A stretch of DNA of 53,056 bases, taken from Candidatus Tayloriibacteriota bacterium. GTDB lineage: Bacteria > Patescibacteriota > Minisyncoccia > Phycocordibacterales > CAIZLB01. Positions 19,198-28,377 of the stretch are shown piece after piece (positions within the stretch are counted from its first letter, which is position 1; each line of letters opens with the position of its first letter). The DNA lies in assembly GCA_018883165.1 (NCBI GenBank), contig VEQN01000004.1, positions 1-53,056 on the forward strand. The letters run 5' to 3'. Both the position numbers and the translations under genes were made by a program. The notes under the pieces were generated by a model. It was given only the letters and a program-made list of their open reading frames with translations, was not told the origin of the DNA and did not search any database.

Positions 19198-19716
19198 ATG
19201 ACGCCGCAACCCTTACCTAAACTGAAAATCCTCTGTGCATTTAATGCACGGCATGAGAGTTACGCCTTCGATGACGATACGCTAGGCCTTCGCAATGCCG
19301 GCCATGAGGTAGTCAAAGTTCGATCACTCGAGATGATGCACAAAAAACTCAGCCAAGCAACATCGGCACAGAAACCTTTCGATGTCCTGCTCGCCGACTA
19401 TTACCTCCCACATAAAAAAGGAGGTTCCACGGTATATTACACAAGGCAGAACCTTGACTCAGCTATCAGTGCAAAAATAAAATGTGTCGGACTGTTTTCT
19501 CCGGAGAATGAAAATATTTGCCAATTTGAAATCTTACGGAAACACAAACTCCTCATTATGACCGACTCCACGTGTCGAACCGTGACTCAACAGAGAGATA
19601 CCCTGAAGATACTCAACATGGTTTGGGACAACTACGAAGCGTCGTTGATCTCAGACGGTATTGATATCCTCAGGGCGATTGAGGAATCATGGATGGCACG
19701 CGATGAGCCTCTTTGA
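19198..19716 (+). CDS. Hypothetical protein with a degenerate CheY-like receiver fold
   Basis: KILC...AGHEV...PFDVLLADYYLP resembles receiver beta1-beta3; remainder divergent. Confidence 0.5.
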   Translation: MTPQPLPKLKILCAFNARHESYAFDDDTLGLRNAGHEVVKVRSLEMMHKKLSQATSAQKPFDVLLADYYLPHKKGGSTVYYTRQNLDSAISAKIKCVGLFSPENENICQFEILRKHKLLIMTDSTCRTVTQQRDTLKILNMVWDNYEASLISDGIDILRAIEESWMARDEPL

Positions 19717-19720
19717 ATTG

Positions 19721-19749
19721 AAAACACCACCTGATGAAGGCGGTGTTTT
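19721..19749. terminator. Bidirectional terminator between convergent 19198 ORF and secA
   Basis: aaaacaccacc-tgatgaa-ggcggtgtttt, with A/T tracts on both sides. Confidence 0.7.
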
Positions 19750-19776
19750 TAATATGCGCGCAATCCTGCCCTGCCA

Positions 19777-22353
19777 TTACGCACCGTGACACTTTTTATA
19801 TTTCTTTCCGCTTCCACAAGGACATGGATCATTTCTACCAACCTTTGGGTCACTAGATATCTGTACGGGTTTTTCCCCTTCACCTAATTGCTTACCTGTG
19901 TCTCCAGAAATATATGCATCCGCATCAGGTTTTAGTTCAATCACTGGTACATTTTGTCCCCCGCCTACCTCACCCTGAACTTGTGCAAGTATTCGGATAA
20001 TTTCTGCATCTACTGAAACTTCCATATCTCTAAAGAGTCGAAGACCTTCTCTCTTGTATTCAACCAACGGATCTCTTTGTCCATATGCTCGAAGATTCAC
20101 ACTTGATCTCATGTAGTCCATAAACTCAAGATGATCAATCCAGTACAAATCAATTGTCTGCAGCATGACACCTCTTGCAGTTCTAAGGAATGCAAGCGTA
20201 TCTCCTGAAAGCTCTTCAATTTTCTTCCTGTTTTCAGCTATCGCTCGTTTTTCAACTTCAGAAGCCTTTAGGAGAATAGTATTAAGTACCACTTCCACCT
20301 GTTCTGGGTTACCAAGAAGTATCTCTTTTCTTCGCTTGTACACCTTAAGTCTCTGCTGATTTAGAACATCATCATATTCAAGTACGTGTCTTCGAGAATC
20401 AAAATGGAATCCTTCGATCTTTGTTTGCGCAGATTCGAGCGATCTACTGATGAGTGAGTGACCGATTGGTTCATCCTCAGGAATATTTAATCTACCCATC
20501 ATTTTTTTGATGGTATCGCTCGCAAAGATTCTCATCAGATCATCTTCCATAGATACATAGAATTGTGTCTCTCCTGGATCCCCTTGTCGTCCTGATCGTC
20601 CTCGTAGCTGATTGTCGATTCTTCTCGCCTCATGTCTTTCTGTTCCAATTACATACAAGCCACCAAGAGATTTAATCTCCTCATATCTCTTTTGCTGCTC
20701 TTCTTTACTTACTGATATTGACGGTGCGCCACCCAGTTTAATATCAACACCTCGTCCCGCCATGTTTGTCGCAATAGTTACTGCACCCCTCTTACCAGCC
20801 TCTGCAACAATCTCACCTTCTCGTTCAGCAAACTCAGGCTTTGCATTAAGAAGTGTATGTGGAACACCTGCTTTCTTTAGATATTCTGACAGAAGTTGGT
20901 TTTTCTCAATTGAAACTGTTCCAACAAGAACTGGCTGACCTTTTTGATTTAGCTCTTTAATCTTCTTGGTAATTGCCATGAACTTACCTTTCTCAGTTCT
21001 AAAGATTAAATCATTTCGATCAATTCTCTGTACCGGTCTATGTGTAGGCACTTCAATTACATCAAGACCGTATACTTTCAAAAACTCTTCGGAGCTTGTA
21101 ACACCGGTACCTGTCATACCTGCAAGCTTCGGATACATTCGGAAATAGTTCTGGAAGGTGATGGATGCATATGTTCGTGATTCTTTTTGAACTTTCACAC
21201 CTTCCTTTGCTTCAATTGCTTGATGTAGACCTTCTGACCATCGTCTGCCAGGTTGGAGTCTTCCCGTTGATGGATCAACAATCATTACCTCCCCACCTTT
21301 TACAATATATTCAACATCGTTGTTGTACAACGCTTTTGCTCGTACGGCAGTTTCGAGATGATGTACATATTTAATACCACCTTCTGTATATATATTAGAA
21401 ACACCGAGAAGCTTCTCAGCAAGATCAATACCCTCGCTAGTCATAGCGATAGTCTTAAACTTCTCATCTATCGTAAAGTGTTTGTCTTTCTCTAATTGTT
21501 TCGCAATATCAGCAAACGTATGATAGAGATTCTCAGAATCTGATGTTGGAGCAGAGATGATGAGTGGAGTTCTTGCTTCATCAATGAGGATTGAGTCCAC
21601 CTCATCCACGATTGCGTAGTAAAATGCTCGCTGACTAAGATTAATCTCGTTGTGTTCAATATTGTCTCGTAGATAATCAAATCCAAACTGATTGTTTGTA
21701 CCATATGTAATATCTGCATGATACGCTTCTCTTTTTGTAGATGGTTTCAAAAATTCATACCCCACTTTGAATGACCCCATCACATCCTCTTTCTCATCTG
21801 CCTCTTTTTCTTTTTTCGCTAATTCTTCAGGAGCAATATCTTTGGCACCAATATGTGAGATATCAAATATATATGACGCGTTGTCATTGATGACACCAAC
21901 TGAAAGACCCAGTGCATTGTAAATTTGTCCCATCCATGTTGCATCTCGACGTGCGAGATAATCATTCACGGTGATGACGTGTACACCTTTTTGCGCAAGT
22001 GCATTTAAGTAACACGCAAGCGTTGCCATCAACGTTTTTCCTTCACCCGTCTTCATTTCTGCAATCTTACCTTCATGCAAAATCATTCCACCAATGAGCT
22101 GAACATCATAGTGCCTTTGTCCAAGTGTTCTTCGCGAAGCCTCTCGAACAACAGCAAAAGCCTCTGGAAGAATTGTATCAAGACTCTCTCCTGCAACAAT
22201 TCGATCCTGAAACTCCTTTGTCTTTGATCGAAGCTCAGCATCTGAGAGTTTCTGAATTGAAGCCTCCAGTTCATTAATCTTTAAAACTGTCTTTTTGTAC
22301 CTCTTAATCTGCCTTGCAGAATATGAAGGAAATATTGTTTTTAGGATTCCCAT
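19777..22353 (-). CDS. secA: Preprotein translocase ATPase SecA
   Basis: MKTGEGKT, VDEVDSILIDEA, ATNMAGRGVDI, QLRGRSGRQGDPG, and C-terminal SEC-C motif RNDPCPCGSGKKYKKCHG. Confidence 0.98.
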   Translation of the reverse strand: MGILKTIFPSYSARQIKRYKKTVLKINELEASIQKLSDAELRSKTKEFQDRIVAGESLDTILPEAFAVVREASRRTLGQRHYDVQLIGGMILHEGKIAEMKTGEGKTLMATLACYLNALAQKGVHVITVNDYLARRDATWMGQIYNALGLSVGVINDNASYIFDISHIGAKDIAPEELAKKEKEADEKEDVMGSFKVGYEFLKPSTKREAYHADITYGTNNQFGFDYLRDNIEHNEINLSQRAFYYAIVDEVDSILIDEARTPLIISAPTSDSENLYHTFADIAKQLEKDKHFTIDEKFKTIAMTSEGIDLAEKLLGVSNIYTEGGIKYVHHLETAVRAKALYNNDVEYIVKGGEVMIVDPSTGRLQPGRRWSEGLHQAIEAKEGVKVQKESRTYASITFQNYFRMYPKLAGMTGTGVTSSEEFLKVYGLDVIEVPTHRPVQRIDRNDLIFRTEKGKFMAITKKIKELNQKGQPVLVGTVSIEKNQLLSEYLKKAGVPHTLLNAKPEFAEREGEIVAEAGKRGAVTIATNMAGRGVDIKLGGAPSISVSKEEQQKRYEEIKSLGGLYVIGTERHEARRIDNQLRGRSGRQGDPGETQFYVSMEDDLMRIFASDTIKKMMGRLNIPEDEPIGHSLISRSLESAQTKIEGFHFDSRRHVLEYDDVLNQQRLKVYKRRKEILLGNPEQVEVVLNTILLKASEVEKRAIAENRKKIEELSGDTLAFLRTARGVMLQTIDLYWIDHLEFMDYMRSSVNLRAYGQRDPLVEYKREGLRLFRDMEVSVDAEIIRILAQVQGEVGGGQNVPVIELKPDADAYISGDTGKQLGEGEKPVQISSDPKVGRNDPCPCGSGKKYKKCHGA

Positions 22354-22395
22354 AGTTCCCCCACTCTATCATATTTACCCCCCATTTGCACGAAA

Positions 22396-22425
22396 CAAAA
22401 ACACCCACTTTCGTGGGTGTTTTTG
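22396..22425 (-). terminator. Strong intrinsic terminator for the small Lys/Ala peptide gene
   Basis: Minus strand caaaaacacccac-gaaa-gtgggtgtttttg-tttc: 13-bp perfect stem, GAAA loop, U-tract. Confidence 0.88.
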
Positions 22426-22453
22426 CGATAACTGATTTAGTTATCTTGCGAAA

Positions 22454-22525
22454 TTACTTTCGCTTCTTAGCTGCTTTCTTTGCTTTCTTCTTAGCAACCT
22501 TCTTTGCCTTCTTTTTTGCTGCCAT
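22454..22525 (-). CDS. Tiny Lys/Ala-rich basic peptide, 23 aa (MAAKKKAKKVAKKKAKKAAKKRK)
   Basis: Hand translation from ATG (22525) to TAA (22454). Composition is almost only K and A; a dedicated terminator lies 28 nt downstream. Below the ORF-track length cutoff. Confidence 0.8.
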   Translation of the reverse strand: MAAKKKAKKVAKKKAKKAAKKRK

Positions 22526-22562
22526 GGTAGTGGTTGAAGTTAAGGAACTATTATTTGTAAGT

Positions 22563-22590
22563 GTTCATTATGCTGACCTCGCATATGAAC
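22563..22590 (-). promoter_or_regulatory. Hairpin in the probable 5' leader of the small peptide gene
   Basis: Minus strand GTTCAT-ATGC-gaggtca-GCAT-a-ATGAAC: 10 bp with one bulge. Confidence 0.45.
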
Positions 22591-22646
22591 CATGACTTAA
22601 TTATCATACACAATTGATATACTCTCAATATTTTTTTCAAAAAAAA

Positions 22647-22655
22647 TGTGGATAA
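22647..22655 (-). promoter_or_regulatory. Single perfect DnaA box
   Basis: TGTGGATAA on the plus strand equals TTATCCACA on the minus strand; intergenic. Confidence 0.4.
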
Positions 22656-22669
22656 CTTTTTATTCAACA

Positions 22670-22700
22670 AAAAAACTTTTGCATTACACAAAAGTTTTTT
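22670..22700 (-). terminator. AT-rich hairpin after the O-antigen-ligase-TPR gene
   Basis: aaaaaacttttg-cattaca-caaaagtttttt. Confidence 0.5.
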
Positions 22701-22723
22701 CATAAATTATTTTATTTATTTTT

Positions 22724-24967
22724 TTATTGTGTCGGTGTTTTTCCTTCTTGAATTAATTTAATGTACGTCTCACCTTGTTCTTTGAATGCTGGTTCAATTT
22801 CAATTGCTTTTCTAATTTCTTCAATTGCTAATTGTCTCTGTCCGTTATTCAAGTATGCTGCTGCGAGTGATACATGATATTGAGGATTGTTAGGTTCTGC
22901 AGCAATCTTTTTCTTTGCGATCTCAATTACAAAATCATGTAGACCGAGTGAATCAGCACTTTGAATCACTTTAGGATCAGACAAAATTTCTAGATCATCA
23001 CCAAACACTTTCTTTGCTTCGTTAAGTTTCTTGTCATACATGTATGCGATACCAAGATATACTTTCGCATCTTTATTCTGTGGAGCAAGTGCCAGTGCTT
23101 GCTTATACACCTCAACTGCTTCTGCAGTTTTTCCCATCATAATGAGTGTTAATCCCTTTTGGTAAAGCAATGACTGCTTCTTTGGTGCAACTTTTTCAGC
23201 TTGATTAATATATTCCAGTGACTGATTCAAGAGTCCGACCTTCTGGAGGAATACACCGTAAAGTAGTGGAGCTCGATGATCCCCTGCTGTATCTGCAATT
23301 ATCTGTCGATAGTTTTCATCAACCACCGTTACATACTGCTCGATGACGTTCTTGTCCTTCACACCTGCAATTAACTGCGGAGTTACATCTGCGAGTCGTT
23401 CAATGATTTCTGTCTTTGCAAACGTGTTGTATGAAAGTGCATCTTTGAAGTATGAGAGTCTTCCTTCATATGTTGTTGCTCGTTTACCAAGCATACTTTC
23501 TGCACCAGGCTGAAATGATATTAAACCATCGATGAGTATACGACTCACTCGATATGGCTTGTATGCTGTGTGATATGTGGCAAAACCTACAATGATTGCA
23601 ATAAACAGCACTGCGATACCAGTAACGAGATCATCACGTACAATTGATGGTTCGGATTTTCGATCATCATCTACATTTTCATGTGTCACATACGCAAGCA
23701 GGAAGAAGAATATGATGTAACTTGTTAAGTTATCGAACACAAATATATTGTGCACAAAGTACGCAACAAGTAGCGCAGTGACAAGACTTTTTTCAAACAC
23801 ACTCCAATCTGAATCTTTTTTTCTTTTCCAGATGAGTACAAGAGCACTTACAAACAACAGTAGGTATCCTAATAGTCCTAAGATTCCACCTGATATCATC
23901 CAATCAAGAAATACATTGTGTGTTCGATCAAACCATTGCTCTTGATCATATATATTTGGATTGTAATATTTTCCGAAAACATAACTGAAGTTTTCTTGAC
24001 CCCATCCCAAGAGAGGTTTTTCAGCTACACCCTCTTTCGCAATATCCCAGAGTAATGTTCGTGATCGTCCCTGATTCTCAAGTACTGATGAGATATCAGT
24101 TGTGATCAAAGATGCAAATCGATACAACAATGGGCTATTTTTAACGAATTCTGTATTTTTAGTAAATCCAAGAATGCCAATTACTACTACAAAAAACACG
24201 AGAAGTCCCAATGCACTCTTTCTGAGCGCCTGGTTATTCTTTTCATATATTGCAATTAGTGCGGAACCGATGAGTACAGCAACACCAAGACCTACCACAG
24301 ATCCTCGAGTACCTGTGTTGTACATAACTACAAGATTGAAGAGAGATACTGCACCGAGAACCACATACAAGATTATTTGATCTTTGAATTTTGAATACGA
24401 TAATTTTGATATGAGGAAGATAGCTAAGAATGCGTGAAGGAGTGCATATATACCTAAGTATGTTGAATTACCAAGCCAGCCAGCAATACGAACAACTGAT
24501 GCCTCAGAGTTATTGTAGTCAGCAAAACCACTAAGACCAACGGCGACACTTGCAGCAAGTGAGATTGATAGTAGTGCATACCATGCCTGCTTAGTCTTAA
24601 CCACGGACGATGTAATGATGAAAAACGCAAATAGGTAGAGTATTGTTACATACCCTTCCATTCGTTCGAAGTTACTCCAGAAACTTCGATATGGATTTAC
24701 AGAATTAAGGGTTGCTATACCGAGTATTATGGTGAAGATAACTGTAGACCACAATACAATGTTTTTCTTTGGTAGGTATGATTTGTCTCGAAGAATCAAC
24801 CCAAGGTAAGAAATGAGACCAATACCAACAAAAGTTCTAAATGCTATTGCCTTACCTGTGATAAACGGGAAAAACAGTAAATCGTATTTCACGAAAGGTA
24901 CCAATAGGACACCTACGATAGCTCCCAGAGTGACATACTTTAATATCGAATCAAAAATCTTATTCAT
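22724..24967 (-). CDS. O-antigen ligase (Wzy_C/WaaL-like) family protein with C-terminal TPR repeats
   Basis: Multi-TM N-terminus, TGTRG, KPLLGWGQENF, THNVFLD and GGILG motifs; TPR-like helices (AVEVYKQALALAPQNKDA, PNNPQYHVSLA). Confidence 0.88.
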   Translation of the reverse strand: MNKIFDSILKYVTLGAIVGVLLVPFVKYDLLFFPFITGKAIAFRTFVGIGLISYLGLILRDKSYLPKKNIVLWSTVIFTIILGIATLNSVNPYRSFWSNFERMEGYVTILYLFAFFIITSSVVKTKQAWYALLSISLAASVAVGLSGFADYNNSEASVVRIAGWLGNSTYLGIYALLHAFLAIFLISKLSYSKFKDQIILYVVLGAVSLFNLVVMYNTGTRGSVVGLGVAVLIGSALIAIYEKNNQALRKSALGLLVFFVVVIGILGFTKNTEFVKNSPLLYRFASLITTDISSVLENQGRSRTLLWDIAKEGVAEKPLLGWGQENFSYVFGKYYNPNIYDQEQWFDRTHNVFLDWMISGGILGLLGYLLLFVSALVLIWKRKKDSDWSVFEKSLVTALLVAYFVHNIFVFDNLTSYIIFFFLLAYVTHENVDDDRKSEPSIVRDDLVTGIAVLFIAIIVGFATYHTAYKPYRVSRILIDGLISFQPGAESMLGKRATTYEGRLSYFKDALSYNTFAKTEIIERLADVTPQLIAGVKDKNVIEQYVTVVDENYRQIIADTAGDHRAPLLYGVFLQKVGLLNQSLEYINQAEKVAPKKQSLLYQKGLTLIMMGKTAEAVEVYKQALALAPQNKDAKVYLGIAYMYDKKLNEAKKVFGDDLEILSDPKVIQSADSLGLHDFVIEIAKKKIAAEPNNPQYHVSLAAAYLNNGQRQLAIEEIRKAIEIEPAFKEQGETYIKLIQEGKTPTQ

Positions 24968-25035
24968 GGTTACATTCTTATTTATATATATTGTATGAGT
25001 ATATCACGCCTATTATATGCTACAATTTGGCCCAT

Positions 25036-26586
25036 ATGATGAAAGATAGCCCTACATATAGAGCCCTATCTAACGCGCTTTTTAGCATGATTAGCTTCGG
25101 GTGGCCAATAATAATAGCCATTTTTGTTACCCCGTATGTTGTAAACAGCCTTGGGGTGAAAGAGTATGGTGTATACCTATTTATCAGCACACTCATCAGT
25201 CTTGCAGGTTTGTTAGACGTCGGTATTGCATCAGCACTGGGTAAGTTCATAGCTGAAGAGAATGGTAGACGTAATGAAAATGAAATAAAGAAAATTTTTA
25301 GTATCGGAAACAGTATTTTTCTCTTGATTGGAATATTAGGATCTCTTGGCATACTAAGCACCATATTTATTGGTAAAGTATTCTTTGCAGAAAAGATGAT
25401 TGAGTATTTCAAATATATCCCTGCATTCATAGCAGCTGCAGGCATGTTTTTTCTAACTTCCACCATGTCATTATTTTCAATGCTTCCAAATGCACTTCAG
25501 AGAATTGATGCTGGTGTAAAGGTGGGTCTATCATTCTTCACCACGCAACAATTAGTCATTGTCCTAATAATTGCTCTTGGATATGGAGTTAATGGTATTT
25601 TCTTCGGACTACTTGGTATCTATGTGATTTTCCATTTTTGGTATGCACACATGGCAAAGAGTATACTTCCCGATTCCCTCAAGAAAGCTCTTCGGGTATA
25701 CAGTTGGGATAAAGAGGCGGTATTGAAGTATTATTCTTTTGGTATCAAAGTGTTTGTAAACAATATTGCAAACTCATCACTTACTTTCTTAGACAAAGCC
25801 ATTATGCCAATCTTTGTAGGTCCAGCAAACTTAAGTTACTACGGTATCGCTGGAAGTATCTCGAACAAAACACCGGCAGTATCAAATACATTTGCAAATG
25901 TCATCTTCCCCATGACTGCTTCATTTGAAGGAGTTGGCGACAGAGAGCGAACGAAAATGCTCTACATCAGATCAATGAGATTGATCACAATTTTATCCGT
26001 ATCAATTACCGTGACAATCCTATCTTTCCCGTACAAGATGCTCGCCTACTGGATTAATGAGGAGGTTGCAATCTTCGCAACAGCCACACTCATACCCCTT
26101 ACTTGGACAAACCTCATTCTCTCGCTCACCGGCCCTCTTACAAACTTCCTAGTTGGTATGGGAAGACTACGGGCTCTTACAACAGCTTCAGTGACTGCGG
26201 CAATATTAAATGCGATCTTCCTTTTCCTTCTACTACCTCATTACGGTATCTACGGAGCAGCACTCGCATACCTATTTGCACTCACACCGTACCTCTTCTT
26301 GTTCTATTGGACTGAACACAATCTACTTGCTCTTAACTCAAGAATTAAATTTTATATCATATTTGTGTGTAAGCTCTTCTTCACTGGATATATCACCTAC
26401 ATGCTCAATCAATATGTAATTAGTCCATATATATACAACCTTACAACAGTACTTGTTGGATCAGCCATATCTGTACTGTCATATATCTTCATATACTATA
26501 TATGTGGCCTATTTGAAAAAGATGATGTGCGTGACCTTAAACTATTCGCTCGTAGCGTATATACCAGTATTCAGAAGAGGTTTTAA
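25036..26586 (+). CDS. Oligosaccharide flippase (Wzx/MOP family)
   Basis: About 12-14 TM segments, PYVVNSLGVKEYG and LLPHYGIYGAALA motifs; first gene of the glycosyltransferase run. Confidence 0.88.
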   Translation: MMKDSPTYRALSNALFSMISFGWPIIIAIFVTPYVVNSLGVKEYGVYLFISTLISLAGLLDVGIASALGKFIAEENGRRNENEIKKIFSIGNSIFLLIGILGSLGILSTIFIGKVFFAEKMIEYFKYIPAFIAAAGMFFLTSTMSLFSMLPNALQRIDAGVKVGLSFFTTQQLVIVLIIALGYGVNGIFFGLLGIYVIFHFWYAHMAKSILPDSLKKALRVYSWDKEAVLKYYSFGIKVFVNNIANSSLTFLDKAIMPIFVGPANLSYYGIAGSISNKTPAVSNTFANVIFPMTASFEGVGDRERTKMLYIRSMRLITILSVSITVTILSFPYKMLAYWINEEVAIFATATLIPLTWTNLILSLTGPLTNFLVGMGRLRALTTASVTAAILNAIFLFLLLPHYGIYGAALAYLFALTPYLFLFYWTEHNLLALNSRIKFYIIFVCKLFFTGYITYMLNQYVISPYIYNLTTVLVGSAISVLSYIFIYYICGLFEKDDVRDLKLFARSVYTSIQKRF

Positions 26587-26638
26587 AAGACTTCTTCACA
26601 AATGCGTAGTATAATCTAGTGGCAATAAATACATCACC

Positions 26639-27568
26639 ATGGACTTCGAAGATATAGCTTGGGCTCTAGAAAGAAAGATAAAGAAGGTATTCATTCATCG
26701 CTCTTCAAACAAGCGACCTTCAAGCTACCCATTCATCTCTGGTGATACATTTAGATCAATCGCCAATCATATATATGAAAGACCTTCACGTATGCTTGTA
26801 CCAGAGCATGTGCATGAGAAAGATATAGTGTTTGTAGAATCACATCTTCTAGAAGATTTCTTTAAAGAAATACATCCAAAGATTTCTCACCCATACATCC
26901 TCATCACACATAACGGAGACTTAAACATTACGGAAGAACACACTCAATACGTAAATGATAAAATCATTCATTGGTTTGCCCAGAATGTATTAATTGATCA
27001 TCCAAAGATTACACCAATCCCCATTGGTCTTGAGAATGCACATCATGCCAATGCAGGAATGCTCCGTCTATATCAAGAATTCTCATCTGATCTTGCAGCA
27101 ATAAAAGAAGGTAAGATTGATGATATCAGAGAGACTCGAAAATCGAGAATCCTCTATACTTTTAATGCCGCAACTAACCCCAAAGAAAGGAGCGAGGCAC
27201 TCAAAGCACTTAAAGAAAGTGACACTGCTGACAAGCTAAACAGGGGTATTTTCATATCGCAACCAGCATATATACGAGTATTACGATCATATACCTTTGT
27301 GGCTTCCCCACCCGGTGGTGGTGAAGACTGCCACAGAACATGGGAAGCTCTATATATTGGCACGATTCCAATTGTAAAAGACAGTGTTATGGCAAGAAAA
27401 TTTTACGAACTTGGTGTGCCACTGTATATTGTCAAAGACTGGAGTGAAGTATGCAATTTAAGTAAGTATGAACTCATTGCAAAATATGACATACTCTGGA
27501 AACACTCAAATACAGATACCTTGTATTTTGATTTTTGGAAGAATTTGATACTGAGTCACAAACAATAA
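26639..27568 (+). CDS. Putative glycosyltransferase with exostosin/GT47-like C-terminal motif
   Basis: FVASPPGGGEDCHRTWEALYIGTIPIV; located in the glycan locus. Confidence 0.55.
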   Translation: MDFEDIAWALERKIKKVFIHRSSNKRPSSYPFISGDTFRSIANHIYERPSRMLVPEHVHEKDIVFVESHLLEDFFKEIHPKISHPYILITHNGDLNITEEHTQYVNDKIIHWFAQNVLIDHPKITPIPIGLENAHHANAGMLRLYQEFSSDLAAIKEGKIDDIRETRKSRILYTFNAATNPKERSEALKALKESDTADKLNRGIFISQPAYIRVLRSYTFVASPPGGGEDCHRTWEALYIGTIPIVKDSVMARKFYELGVPLYIVKDWSEVCNLSKYELIAKYDILWKHSNTDTLYFDFWKNLILSHKQ

Positions 27569-27570
27569 AT

Positions 27571-28377
27571 ATGTATACAAAAAACAACATCTTTGGTACA
27601 TACCTAAAGAACTTACACGAGAAGGATTTCTCATCAGACATACCTGATATAACCAAGAAAAGAACTCTTGAACTCATCAATGTGGCGATTAATTGCTGCG
27701 AAGATTGGAATACTGCGGTTGATGTTGGTGGCGGTAACGGTCACTACAGCCTCTCACTCACCGATAAATTCAAGAACATATTTTTAATTGAACCAACGCT
27801 TCATGAAGAACATGAGCGCATCCAAAAGAAACATCAAAATTACACCGTAATACACAAACTTGTAGAAGAAACAGAGCTCGATTCAAAAGTAGACTTTATT
27901 ATGCTCTGTGACCTATTTGAGCATATTCTACACATTGAAGAATTTGCACAGAAAATATCAGACCTGCAAGACAAAGGTGGTGTCGTATATATCCTCACAC
28001 CAAACCCATTATTCTGTGGACCAGCAATACAGTCTGAAATTCATAATTCAAAAATAGGTATATATGGTCACGAACGTCACTATTTCCCTCATGAGATATT
28101 GAATATTATGAATCCTTTAGGATACACATTGATATACAAAGCCTACGAAGAATTACCTTTACGAGACACTGTGCGCAGAGTACTAAGAGGTATATCAAGA
28201 AGGCATAAAAAGTATTCAATGCATTATTTATATAGAAAATTTGTTGGTCCGATTTTCGCTTTAATATTTAGAATCCTTAGTCCTGTAATCCAAGGACTCG
28301 TATATCAATCTGAATACAGAAACAGAGATAACCAAGAACACGCAAAAAGTGTGGTATACATATTTAAAAAACAATGA
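27571..28377 (+). CDS. Class I SAM-dependent methyltransferase
   Basis: AVDVGGGNG motif I, DLFEHI, and GGVVYILTPN. Confidence 0.85.
   Translation: MYTKNNIFGTYLKNLHEKDFSSDIPDITKKRTLELINVAINCCEDWNTAVDVGGGNGHYSLSLTDKFKNIFLIEPTLHEEHERIQKKHQNYTVIHKLVEETELDSKVDFIMLCDLFEHILHIEEFAQKISDLQDKGGVVYILTPNPLFCGPAIQSEIHNSKIGIYGHERHYFPHEILNIMNPLGYTLIYKAYEELPLRDTVRRVLRGISRRHKKYSMHYLYRKFVGPIFALIFRILSPVIQGLVYQSEYRNRDNQEHAKSVVYIFKKQ

Noticed and set aside
22386-22595. 69-aa plus-strand ORF rich in Phe/Ala
   Set aside because: Antisense shadow of the Lys/Ala peptide gene; it runs through the terminator hairpin.
22600-22720. Replication origin
   Set aside because: Only one perfect DnaA box, no box cluster, and no dnaA/dnaN or similar neighbours; GC skew not computed.
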